This document shows, in pieces, positions 1 to 8,769 of a DNA stretch of 22,061 nucleotides. The notes under the pieces are model-generated. The model was not told the origin of the DNA. It did no database searches and saw only the letters and a program-made list of their open reading frames with translations. Location: the NCBI GenBank assembly GCA_039679675.1, contig JBDKUN010000018.1:1-22061 (forward strand). Direction: 5' to 3'. The number at the start of each line of letters is the position of its first letter. Within the stretch, counting starts at the first letter, position 1. This DNA is from Armatimonadota bacterium. Lineage in GTDB: Bacteria; Armatimonadota; UBA5829; DTLH01. The position numbers and the translations under genes are program-made.

Positions 1-115
1 GACGAAAATGGCAAAATCGAACACCGGCAATGGCTGCAGGACTTACAGATCATATATGGACAATGCGGGAACTGGTATCCTACAGGCCACCGCCAAGTTA
101 GTTAATGCCACTACC
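1..115 (+). mobile_element. Right end of a probable IS1-family insertion sequence (truncated by window edge)
   Basis: Frame from nt 3 reads [32 protein letters not shown], a C-terminal motif I recognise from IS1-family transposases. The sequence ending at 115 reads GGTAGTGGCATTAACTAA on the - strand, resembling IS1 terminal IRs (GGTnATG...AACTTA). Confidence 0.75.
3..101 (+). CDS. IS1-family transposase, C-terminal fragment (5'-partial)
   Basis: [15 protein letters not shown] motif; TAG stop at 99-101 lies inside the IR region; too short to appear in the ORF track. Confidence 0.75.
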   Translation, partial: RKWQNRTPAMAAGLTDHIWTMRELVSYRPPPS

Positions 116-159
116 TGCTTTCGTGATTGAGTCAGATAATAGCTTGGCTGAGGTAAAAA

Positions 160-780
160 ATGGCATCGCAGCAGTCGACCATTGCCGAAAAAGAGCCCTT
201 GATGGCTGATCTGAAAGAGCGCGCCATGCGCATATCACCTGAGGTGTGCGACCCCGGACACCACAAGCTGGTCTGGGGCGAAGGGTCTCTCGTCGCAGAG
301 GTCGCGTTTGTGGGCGAAGCTCCTGGCGATAAAGAAGAAGCTGAAGGCCGTCCGTTTGTGGGCCAGGCGGGAAAACTCCTCGACAGAGAGCTGAAACAGC
401 TCGGCATAAACAGAAACGACCTGTGGATTACAAATGCCGTAAAGTGCAGACCTGTTAAAGAATCCGCCGGAATCTTAGTAAATCGAACCCCAACCGCGAA
501 GGAAATCAAGAACTGGCTCGGCCCTTTGATGGAAGAGCTTGAAATAATCCACCCTCATATTATTGTGTGTCTGGGGGCTGTCGCTGCCAAAGCGCTCATC
601 AACAAAAGCTTTGCCTTAACGAAAGAGCGTGGCCTATGGTTCGATGGTCCGTTCGATTCCCGTATAATCGCAACATTTCATCCGGCTTATATCCTCCGTC
701 AGGTCGGCGATAACTGGGACATAGCAATGGAAATGTTTCGGCAGGACCTCAGGCAGGCGCTTAAGCTGCCTCTCACTTAA
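160..780 (+). CDS. Uracil-DNA glycosylase, family 4 type
   Basis: Motifs VGEAPG, GRPFVGxAGxLL, ITNAVKCRP, NRTP, LGAVAA, TFHPAYILR; GAGG RBS upstream. Confidence 0.93.
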   Translation: MASQQSTIAEKEPLMADLKERAMRISPEVCDPGHHKLVWGEGSLVAEVAFVGEAPGDKEEAEGRPFVGQAGKLLDRELKQLGINRNDLWITNAVKCRPVKESAGILVNRTPTAKEIKNWLGPLMEELEIIHPHIIVCLGAVAAKALINKSFALTKERGLWFDGPFDSRIIATFHPAYILRQVGDNWDIAMEMFRQDLRQALKLPLT

Positions 781-844
781 TATCACATATTCATCTTTAT
801 TGTAATTGATATTTCCCTATAAACCAGGAGAATTGGGGGGATGT

Positions 845-860
845 TGGCACGAATTTTGCA
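845..860 (+). promoter_or_regulatory. sigma54 (RpoN) -24/-12 promoter
   Basis: TGGCACG-AATT-TTGCA matches the TGGCACG-N4-TTGCW consensus with exact GG-N10-GC spacing, in an AT-rich intergenic region upstream of 902. Confidence 0.8.
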
Positions 861-901
861 GGCATATTTACCGGGCCTCATAATCCTTTGGGGGAAAAGG
901 A

Positions 902-1096
902 ATGATTGTTAAGTGTTTCTGGTGCGGGGCTGCTAACGATAAATTTGCTGATACTTGCTGCGATTGCAGGCGAAAACTCAAGTGGTCTACATTTCTTCAG
1001 GCATTAGTAAAAACATCCAACCAAATACCCGTAGTTGAGCAAACTTCCGTTGAAGATGGTTTTTCAGCAATAAAGACACCTGTGGGTGCGTTATAA
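902..1096 (+). CDS. Small zinc-ribbon protein (64 aa)
   Basis: CxxC-x10-CxxC (CFWC...CCDC) at N-terminus; purine-rich RBS GGGGAAAAGGA; sigma54 promoter upstream. Confidence 0.7.
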   Translation: MIVKCFWCGAANDKFADTCCDCRRKLKWSTFLQALVKTSNQIPVVEQTSVEDGFSAIKTPVGAL

Positions 1097-1113
1097 TCGT
1101 TTTACCGAAGATA

Positions 1114-2511
1114 TTACGCGGCTTGTCCCAGACAGGCATCGGCTATTCTGGCTCTGAGCCGCGTATTCTCTATAGCCGGCGATACCGCTGCCGCGACAGC
1201 TTCCAACTGCCTTATTCTGTCCTCTGTCACGTCTCGTGCTCCTGACAGGAACAGGTTCACGACGCCTATCACCCTGTTTTGATGCGGAAGCGGGACCGAC
1301 ACTACCATTCCTTCCTCATGCGCGACCATCCGCCAGGGCATAAACTCTACATCGGTAAATACCACTTTTGCAGTCTGGACCTCAGCACTCGCAAACGCGC
1401 GTGCTGTATGGCCATTGTGGAACCCCGGCCTTCTTTCCGGTCTGAGAGAGCATACCTTCCCGATGTATATGGTTGGGTCATCGATACCTGTCACAGCGGC
1501 AATGGTAAGTGACTCTCCGCCATCTTCCTGGTCAAGATATGCCACGACCGGTGCATCCTGAAACCCTTCCGAAATAGCCTTAACGAAAGTGGACATAAGC
1601 TCACCCAGATCACCTGCACCGACAAGCGACCATGAAACCTTCTGCATCGCTTCCAAATCCGACATTCGCTGGGCTGCTCCCCTATGCGCCCGTTCATTTT
1701 CTATGCTGAGGCCAATCAGCATTGCCATGACACCTGCAAGCTCGACTCCCATTATTTTGAACCTTAAAGTATCCATAAAAGTCCAGGATATGAGCGTCAA
1801 TACCGTTTCGATAACCATGGCAACGCTCCAATAGCACACTGGAACAAATATCTCATTAGGACTGGAGCCAGCCAGCTTGTTAACTTCGCACAACAGGACT
1901 ATCGATGTAGCTGCGGAGATTATATATATCGCCAGCAATGGGTCCAAGTTTGTACTTCGGATCATATTGCATGCGGAATGCCACACGCCGGTACGCCATA
2001 TTACTACCAGCAGGCTTACGCCCAAAGCGGCACAAGCGCTGATCTTCCATGTTCTCAGCCGGTGTCCCCTGGTGCTGGCCTTAAGCGCGTGGGACGCGAA
2101 GATCAAGAGTGTAGTAGCTATCGGCAATAACGCCGATCTAAGCAGATACAACCGTCTCAATGTAGTAGCGCTCTCTATAGGCCCCAGATTTACAACTACA
2201 CCGATCAATCCGGATATCGATAAGGCTGCAAAACTCGATGTGTAGAGAAGCCAACTGGGACAGCGGCAATAGACGAGACGCATCAGGCAATGCGTAAAAA
2301 CAGCGAGGTAAACAGCGGAAGTCATCGCGCATATCGTAATGTATGCCGGAACACTCGGAGCAGTAAACGGCAATCTGGTAATAACCGATACCGCCAGCGC
2401 CGCAACCAGGCATACTCCCCAGAAGCCGAGCTTAAGTGTTAAGCCTGCTCCATGGGGAAAGGTTTGAAGCTTTTTGGATTCTACAGACAAATCGCTGCTT
2501 ATACTACTCAT
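1114..2511 (-). CDS. Multi-pass membrane protein with C-terminal GAF domain
   Basis: About 7-8 hydrophobic segments in residues ~25-270, then a helical linker and GAF features (VSVPLPHQNRVIGVVNL, QLEAVAAAVSPAIENTRL). Start codon uncertain. Confidence 0.8.
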   Translation of the reverse strand: MSSISSDLSVESKKLQTFPHGAGLTLKLGFWGVCLVAALAVSVITRLPFTAPSVPAYITICAMTSAVYLAVFTHCLMRLVYCRCPSWLLYTSSFAALSISGLIGVVVNLGPIESATTLRRLYLLRSALLPIATTLLIFASHALKASTRGHRLRTWKISACAALGVSLLVVIWRTGVWHSACNMIRSTNLDPLLAIYIISAATSIVLLCEVNKLAGSSPNEIFVPVCYWSVAMVIETVLTLISWTFMDTLRFKIMGVELAGVMAMLIGLSIENERAHRGAAQRMSDLEAMQKVSWSLVGAGDLGELMSTFVKAISEGFQDAPVVAYLDQEDGGESLTIAAVTGIDDPTIYIGKVCSLRPERRPGFHNGHTARAFASAEVQTAKVVFTDVEFMPWRMVAHEEGMVVSVPLPHQNRVIGVVNLFLSGARDVTEDRIRQLEAVAAAVSPAIENTRLRARIADACLGQAA

Positions 2512-2735
2512 ACTGCCTAATCCGGTGATTGGTTAATTAACTTAACAGCCGAAATTTATGTTCTGATTTTGTGACCATGTTCATTTTTGGCAGATGAACT
2601 CTGAAAGTTAATGCCATGAAGAAATCAGCTTCAATGTTTTTAATGGCTCAGCGGTGGGTATCTCAGGTTTTGAAAGCGATGGTGGGGAAAAGACAGCCCC
2701 ACATCTGTTTTCAACCAAGAGGTGGGGTTATTTTA

Positions 2736-3800
2736 ATGTCAAATCTGAAAGCGGAGGCAACGGCAGTGGAGAGACGGGCAGGATATGTTGCTGATCAGTC
2801 CAGCAAAACTGCAGCAGAAAAGACAATATCCGTAGTAATCCCACTTTACAACGAAATAGAGAGCCTTGAACCTCTCTATGAAGAGTTGACAAGCACGCTG
2901 AGCAGTATTGACTGCCGGTATGAGATCATATTTGTCAACGATGGCAGCACGGATGGATCAGCTGACATCCTCACGCGCTTGTGTGATACTGATCCACGGG
3001 TCACCGCCATACACATGCGCAGAAATTTCGGTAAAGCCGCGGCTCTCACGGAAGGGTTTAAGGCAGCGAACGGCGATATTGTCTTTACTCTTGACGCGGA
3101 CCTTCAGGACGATCCAAAAGAGATACCAAACTTCCTCGCAAAGCTTTCGGAAGGTTTCGACATGGTATCCGGGTGGAAATTCAGGCGGCTTGACCCTCTA
3201 TCGAAAACACTTCCGTCCAAGCTCTTCAACAAAGTCGCATCTATGACCACCGGGCTGCAGCTGCACGACTTCAACTGCGGCTTCAAGGCATACAAGCGCG
3301 AGGTCATCGAGCATGTCAACATCTACGGCGAACTTCACCGCTATATCCCGGCGCTGGCGTTCGGAAGCGGGTTCAGTGTGGCTGAGATCAAGGTAAACCA
3401 CAGGAGCAGAAAGTTCGGGAAGTCCAAATATGGCATCGCCAGGTTCACCCGCGGGCTTCTGGACCTGCTGACCGTGCTCTTCATTACCCGGTACACCACG
3501 AAACCTCTTCACCTGTTCGGATCTCTCGGTCTAATGCTTCTCTTCGCCGGGACTGTAATCAACATATACCTTGCCGTAATCCGGATCGGAGGCGCTGCGA
3601 TAGGACGCAGGCCGCTCCTTATGCTGGGCGTCCTTCTGATGATCCTCGGTGTACAGTTCGTTTCCCATGGGCTGCTGGCTGAGATGATCGCGCGTCAGAA
3701 CAAGGACGAGAAATCTCAGGTGTGCAGGGTAACGGGTAAATCGGCACAGGCAATCTGCAGAAAGAACCGGGAATCCGAAGCTTCCAGACCATGGATATAG
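2736..3800 (+). CDS. GT2 polyprenol-phosphate glycosyltransferase (ArnC/CsbB/DPM1-like)
   Basis: ISVVIPLYNE, FVNDGSTD, RRNFGKAAAL, TLDADLQDDP, DFNCGFKAY, two C-terminal TM helices. Start placed at ATG 2736 after the AGAGGTGG SD, not at 2616. Confidence 0.92.
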   Translation: MSNLKAEATAVERRAGYVADQSSKTAAEKTISVVIPLYNEIESLEPLYEELTSTLSSIDCRYEIIFVNDGSTDGSADILTRLCDTDPRVTAIHMRRNFGKAAALTEGFKAANGDIVFTLDADLQDDPKEIPNFLAKLSEGFDMVSGWKFRRLDPLSKTLPSKLFNKVASMTTGLQLHDFNCGFKAYKREVIEHVNIYGELHRYIPALAFGSGFSVAEIKVNHRSRKFGKSKYGIARFTRGLLDLLTVLFITRYTTKPLHLFGSLGLMLLFAGTVINIYLAVIRIGGAAIGRRPLLMLGVLLMILGVQFVSHGLLAEMIARQNKDEKSQVCRVTGKSAQAICRKNRESEASRPWI

Positions 3801-3857
3801 TGTTGATGTTTGTATAACTAATCGAATTAATCTTAAGAACAGGGGCATAGAACTGAG

Positions 3858-5000
3858 TTGCGTATCGTTGTCGTTGGACCTTCGTTTCCCTTCAGGGGAG
3901 GAATCGCACACTACACCACATTACTCTGCAAGAGCCTTGCGGAGTCACATGAAGTGCAGCTTGTGTCAATGTCACGCCAGTACCCCCGACTGCTTTTTCC
4001 GGGCAAGACCCAGAAGGACGAAAGTGAAGTAAAACTTGCGGTGGAAGGGTCCGAGCCGCTCGTCGATTCAATGAACCCTCTGTCATGGGCTCGTGCAGCA
4101 GAAAGAATACGGGAATATTCACCCGAACTGGTCATCATACAATGGTGGCATCCGTTTTTTGCGCCGGCTTTCGGGTCTATAGCGACACGCTGCCGTAAAT
4201 TTGCCAATGTAATGTTCCTGTGCCACAACGTAATGCCGCATGAAAAAGGTGGACCGGTCAGGCTTTTCACTAAATATGCCCTGGGTAAAGGAAACATGTA
4301 TATTACTCACTCGGAAGAAGACACAGTAAACCTGAAAGACATTCTGCCGAATGCGCAGGTGCGGAAAGCCCGCCACCCGACCTACGAGGTGTTCAAAAAG
4401 CAGCCGGTAGCAAAGAATGCCGCCCAGCGCGAACTGGGACTGAGCCCGGATCAAAATGTAATACTCTTTTTCGGCCTCGTACGAGAGTATAAGGGTCTGA
4501 AATATTTGATAGAGGCAATGCCCGCCATCCTTGCATCGGTTGATGCCGTACTTGTCATAGCAGGAGAGTTCTACGATAACAAAGAGAAGTATATCCGCAT
4601 GATAAAAGAGCTCGGAATAGGCCACTGCGTCAAGCTGAAGGATGAATATATCCCAAACGAAGCCGTCGGGGTGTATTTCTCTGCTGCTGACCTGGTTGTC
4701 CTGCCTTATGTCACCGCAACGCAGAGCGGAATCGCACAGATCGCATACGGGTTCGACAGGCCTGTAATCACCACGAACGTCGGAGGGCTGCCTGAGACCG
4801 TTATTGACGGAAAAACCGGTTATGTAGTCCCTTCCGAGAACCCGGAAGCACTTGCGCAGGCAGTTATCAGGTTCTTCGAAGAGAATAAAGCCAAAGAGTT
4901 CATCGATAACATATCGGATTTCAAAGAAGAGTTCTCCTGGAGCAGGCTTGTCGAGACTATAGAGAGCCTGGCAAACGAAGTGGGAGGCGCCGGATGCTGA
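3858..5000 (+). CDS. GT4 glycosyltransferase
   Basis: GGIAHYT, LFFGLVREYKGL, ADLVVLPY..ATQSG, PVITTNVGGLPE; TTG start. Confidence 0.92.
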   Translation: MRIVVVGPSFPFRGGIAHYTTLLCKSLAESHEVQLVSMSRQYPRLLFPGKTQKDESEVKLAVEGSEPLVDSMNPLSWARAAERIREYSPELVIIQWWHPFFAPAFGSIATRCRKFANVMFLCHNVMPHEKGGPVRLFTKYALGKGNMYITHSEEDTVNLKDILPNAQVRKARHPTYEVFKKQPVAKNAAQRELGLSPDQNVILFFGLVREYKGLKYLIEAMPAILASVDAVLVIAGEFYDNKEKYIRMIKELGIGHCVKLKDEYIPNEAVGVYFSAADLVVLPYVTATQSGIAQIAYGFDRPVITTNVGGLPETVIDGKTGYVVPSENPEALAQAVIRFFEENKAKEFIDNISDFKEEFSWSRLVETIESLANEVGGAGC

Positions 5001-5968
5001 TCCTGGTAACGGGCGCTACGGGGTTTATCGGAGGACATCTGGTGCAGGCCCTCCTGGAATCGGGCCACCAGGTGCGCGCTATCGTGCGCGATGGCAGCAG
5101 CTATGAGCGGCTTGAGTCGGACGGTGTAGAAATAAGAAAAGGCTCTCTGCTCGATCCCGAATCAGTCTCTGCAGCCTGCCGGAACATCGATGTGGTTTTC
5201 AACCTGGCAGCGAAACTCGGAGGGCATTCAGTAAAGGCCGATGAGATGCGTGAGGTCAATGTTCATGCCGTCAGAGTCCTTCTGGAAGCCTGCAGGAAAA
5301 ACAATGTCCGGCAAGTCATACACTGCAGCACCCCCGGTGTAGTCGGTATGTCCGGTATAGCGCCAGAATGCCTTCCTTACAGGCCGTCGGCGCTCTACGA
5401 GCGCACAAAATGCGACGGAGAGAGGACAGCGCTTGCCTATCATAAAAACAATAGTGTTGCCGTGACTGTAATAAGGCCGGATTTCGTTTATGGTCCGGGA
5501 GACCTGCACAAGCTCAGGATGTTTAAAGCCATCAAAGAGGACCGCTTCCCGCTTCTCGGCAGCGGAAGGAGCCTGCTTCACCCTACCTATGTAGACGATG
5601 TTGCCAGGGGATGCCTTGATGTTATGGAGAACCCTGCCGCATTCGGTGAAACGTTCAACATAGCAGGCCCCAGGCCTGTTACAGTTTTCGAGCTTACCAC
5701 TGTCATCTCGAATGCGCTCGGGCTGAAGCCTACATGCAAAAGAGTGCCGGTCATCCTTGCGAAACTCGCGGCCTATGGCGCGGAAGCAGCGGCGGTTATC
5801 CTCAACCGTGAGCCTATTCTTACCAGGTATCAGGTAAACTTTTTCTCGCGTGACCATGCATCCGACACTTCCAAAGCACAGCAGTTGCTCGGTTTTGAGC
5901 CGCGAGTCAGCCTTTCTGATGGAATACGGCAAACGGTCGAATGGTACATTGAACAGGGATATTTATAG
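4994..5968 (+). CDS. NAD-dependent epimerase/dehydratase (extended SDR)
   Basis: VTGATGFIG Rossmann motif, FNLAA, YERTK (YxxxK), RPDFVYGPG; overlaps the upstream gene. Confidence 0.92.
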   Translation: MLILVTGATGFIGGHLVQALLESGHQVRAIVRDGSSYERLESDGVEIRKGSLLDPESVSAACRNIDVVFNLAAKLGGHSVKADEMREVNVHAVRVLLEACRKNNVRQVIHCSTPGVVGMSGIAPECLPYRPSALYERTKCDGERTALAYHKNNSVAVTVIRPDFVYGPGDLHKLRMFKAIKEDRFPLLGSGRSLLHPTYVDDVARGCLDVMENPAAFGETFNIAGPRPVTVFELTTVISNALGLKPTCKRVPVILAKLAAYGAEAAAVILNREPILTRYQVNFFSRDHASDTSKAQQLLGFEPRVSLSDGIRQTVEWYIEQGYL

Positions 5969-6044
5969 ATGATAAACAGTAGCTGTGTAACAGTAACGAT
6001 AAAACAATCATTCAAGTTATAAGCGCTGGTTTCTGGAGGATGAT

Positions 6045-7265
6045 ATGCCGGTATATCTAGGTGCAGTATCACAATACAATCTGGGTGATGTCAAATCCGA
6101 GATAGAAAAAGGGATGAAGGAGGCCGGGGTCAGCTTCGATGGGGCTCGAAAGGCTATCATCAAGGTAAACCTCGTTCAGGCCTTTGCGCCGGAATCGGGT
6201 ATTATCGTTCATCCTGTCATTGCGGAAAGTGTAATCGATCTTCTGCACGATTCCGGAGTGCGAGATATCACGATTGCGGAGGCTCCGGCGCTCGGAGTCG
6301 ATCCACAAAAGACTTTTCAGACCACCGGTTTCGCAGACCTTGCCAAGAGGAAGAATGTCCGGCTCCTGAACCTGTTCGATGCGCCTCGAACTAATGTCAG
6401 CATCGGTTACGGATATAAAAACCTGCCGAATTATTATGAAGAAGATGAGCTTCAAAACTACTACTGCGGCTATATGTCCGTTCCTACCCCCATATTGGAA
6501 TCCGATATATACATCAATGTCGCAAAGCTGAAAACACACAACCGGACCACTGTTTCACTCACTATGAAAAACCAGTGGGGACTGCTTTCATTCAAAGACA
6601 GGCAGATGTACCACCGGGTCGGCCTCCATGAGCCGATTGTGCAGCTTGCAAGGGCAGTGCGGCCGCATATGACAGTAGTGGACGGAATACTGGCAATGGA
6701 AGGTAACGGGCCGATACTTGGGCATCCAAAACCAATGGGGGTGCTACTGGTCGGCAAAAATATGGTAGAAACAGACATTGTCGGAGCAAAGCTGATGGGA
6801 GCAGACCCCGAAGAAGTCCTGCATATCAAGCGCGCAGTCGCACTGGGACTGGGAAGATGGGAAACGGATGTCCGTGGAATGAGCATCGAGTCACTCGCAG
6901 CCGTATTCGATCCCGCGCCGCAAGATGTGAAGAAAAACCACAACCTCTATGTATGGAGAAACCATCGTGCGTGCCACCTGGATGATGAGTCATTCCACCG
7001 GGCGTTCAGACTCGCCAGAAGGACCCCTAAATATTGGATGTTCATCCCGAAACTGGCATACTACATACTTTTCAAAAGGATCGATATCGTGCGCGGACGA
7101 GGAAACCGGATGCCGGAGTTCAGGAAAAACCAGAAAATTCTGATAAGCGGCGACTGCGCCCGCGACTTGCTGGAGAATTACGAGGAAATACCGAAAAATG
7201 TCATTCATATACCCGGATGCCCCCCGGACCCTGAAGAGATAGTAAAAGCAATCATCGCAATGTGA
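6045..7265 (+). CDS. DUF362-domain protein with putative C-terminal Fe-S module
   Basis: IIKVNL, INVAKLKTH..TVSLTMKN.WG, VVDGILAMEGNGP; C-terminal ACHLD...GDC...HIPGCPP; GGAGG RBS. Confidence 0.82.
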   Translation: MPVYLGAVSQYNLGDVKSEIEKGMKEAGVSFDGARKAIIKVNLVQAFAPESGIIVHPVIAESVIDLLHDSGVRDITIAEAPALGVDPQKTFQTTGFADLAKRKNVRLLNLFDAPRTNVSIGYGYKNLPNYYEEDELQNYYCGYMSVPTPILESDIYINVAKLKTHNRTTVSLTMKNQWGLLSFKDRQMYHRVGLHEPIVQLARAVRPHMTVVDGILAMEGNGPILGHPKPMGVLLVGKNMVETDIVGAKLMGADPEEVLHIKRAVALGLGRWETDVRGMSIESLAAVFDPAPQDVKKNHNLYVWRNHRACHLDDESFHRAFRLARRTPKYWMFIPKLAYYILFKRIDIVRGRGNRMPEFRKNQKILISGDCARDLLENYEEIPKNVIHIPGCPPDPEEIVKAIIAM

Positions 7266-7272
7266 GGACCAA

Positions 7273-8769
7273 ATGGCCGTTAATGCGCCTGATACAACCG
7301 TAAGACGAGAACACAACCTCGCCCAGGGAACAATTGCCCTGGTGGGGGTGCAGTCTGCATTCCTGATCGGAGGCTATTTCGTCCACTTTTATCTGGGACG
7401 GAAGCTCGGACCGGCAGATTATGGAGTCTTCGGGGTCGTCATGGCGTTTCTAACCTGGATGGAGGTATCCCTTACCGGAGGATTCCCCAACGCAATAAGA
7501 AAATTCGGGGCAGAGAGAGAAGAGTTGATGTCAGCGATTGCAAGATCTGCGATACGCGGACAGTTTGTATTCAGCACTTTGATATTCATTATAGCATTGG
7601 CCACAGCACCCTGGGTTGCAAAATTGATGCATGATCCTGGCCTAACGGGGTTGATAAGGCTCGCTTCCATAGATATACCGATTTATGCGTTTTATTTTTG
7701 CTATACAGCTATCCTGAACGGCAAGCGAAACTATGTAAAGCAATCGAGCGCAATGCTCATTTATGCCATCGCAAAGGTCGGAACAATGCTTTTTCTAGTG
7801 ATAATCGGTTTCGGCGTGCGCGGCGCAATTATCGGGAATATTTTGGCATCGATAGGAGGTCTTGCAACAGCAGCCATCGCCGCTGGCAGACTGCCGAAGA
7901 CCATTACGTATCCTATAAAAAAGCTAATCAGTTATGCGGGCGGCACCGCAGTATTCTCGATAGGGTTTACGCTCCTCATGAGCATAGATATGTTTGCTGT
8001 AAAGGCACTTATGCGGACGCCGGAAAGCACCGGGTTTTATACTGCAGCGTATATGGTTGCACGAGCACCATTTTACGTACTGATCGGCATTCCTGCAGCT
8101 ACTCTGCCTGCACTCTCAAAGGCAGCGAGTAATCATGATTATGGTGCGGTGCGGCTCTATGTGCGTCAGTCACTAAGGCTCCACATGATCCTTCTTGTTC
8201 CCATTACAGCTATCCTGTCCGGTACTTCATCCGGGATCGTCGAGTTGCTTTATACAAACAAATATATACCGGCAGTTCCAGCGCTTGCAGTACTGGCAGC
8301 CGGCCTGATGCTTTTCGGTTTTCTTTACGCGCTTTACAACATATTGGTGGCAATTGGTGATATACGAACGCCCCTTTTGGGTACCACTATCCTGATTGCG
8401 ATAGCACTTGCGCTCAATATAGCGCTTATCCCCCGGTTTGGGATAACCGGAGCGGCTGTCGCATCGGTATCAACGGCGGGCGCCGGCCTTTTGGCATCCG
8501 CCGTAATTTGTGCGGGGAGACTGGGCGGACTTGTTGCACCTCTCTCTGCTTTCAGAATAACTGTAGCCGGAATTATGGTCTATCTTGCTGCAGGATTACT
8601 GCCTGCACGGGGATTACAACTGGCGGGAACTTATGTAGTTCTTTTTGCGGTCTATGCGCTTGCGCTTACCGCGATGCGAGAGATAACTAAAGAAGATATA
8701 TCTAAAATTGCAGCAGCTGTGGCTCCCAGTATCAAAAATAGACGCTGCGGGGAAGGTAAAACCAGATGA
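7273..8769 (+). CDS. Wzx-type oligosaccharide flippase (MOP/MATE superfamily)
   Basis: About 14 TM segments; GRKLGPADYGVF, GFYTAAY, LNIALIPRFGITGAAVAS. Confidence 0.88.
   Translation: MAVNAPDTTVRREHNLAQGTIALVGVQSAFLIGGYFVHFYLGRKLGPADYGVFGVVMAFLTWMEVSLTGGFPNAIRKFGAEREELMSAIARSAIRGQFVFSTLIFIIALATAPWVAKLMHDPGLTGLIRLASIDIPIYAFYFCYTAILNGKRNYVKQSSAMLIYAIAKVGTMLFLVIIGFGVRGAIIGNILASIGGLATAAIAAGRLPKTITYPIKKLISYAGGTAVFSIGFTLLMSIDMFAVKALMRTPESTGFYTAAYMVARAPFYVLIGIPAATLPALSKAASNHDYGAVRLYVRQSLRLHMILLVPITAILSGTSSGIVELLYTNKYIPAVPALAVLAAGLMLFGFLYALYNILVAIGDIRTPLLGTTILIAIALALNIALIPRFGITGAAVASVSTAGAGLLASAVICAGRLGGLVAPLSAFRITVAGIMVYLAAGLLPARGLQLAGTYVVLFAVYALALTAMREITKEDISKIAAAVAPSIKNRRCGEGKTR

Noticed and set aside
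160..780. UdgX (covalent uracil-DNA binding) assignment
   Set aside because: It lacks the KRRIH loop and GEQPG motif; it has GEAPG and KCRP instead.
100..2616. 11-bp match AGTTAATGCCA at 100-110 and 2606-2616 as a second IS end
   Set aside because: The second copy is in the same orientation and lacks the terminal CTACC; it is most likely chance. Its minus-strand TGGCA also lacks the -12 GC of a sigma54 site.
2616..2735. N-terminal extension of the GT2 given in the ORF track
   Set aside because: A better SD precedes ATG 2736, and the region looks like a structured leader.
3858..5000. GT4 lacking the E-x7-E motif as a possibly inactive enzyme
   Set aside because: LPY..ATQSG is a common GT4 subfamily variant.
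7263..7283. Selenocysteine readthrough of the DUF362 TGA stop
   Set aside because: An in-frame TAA follows after five codons, there is no Cys-type context, and the next gene starts at 7273.
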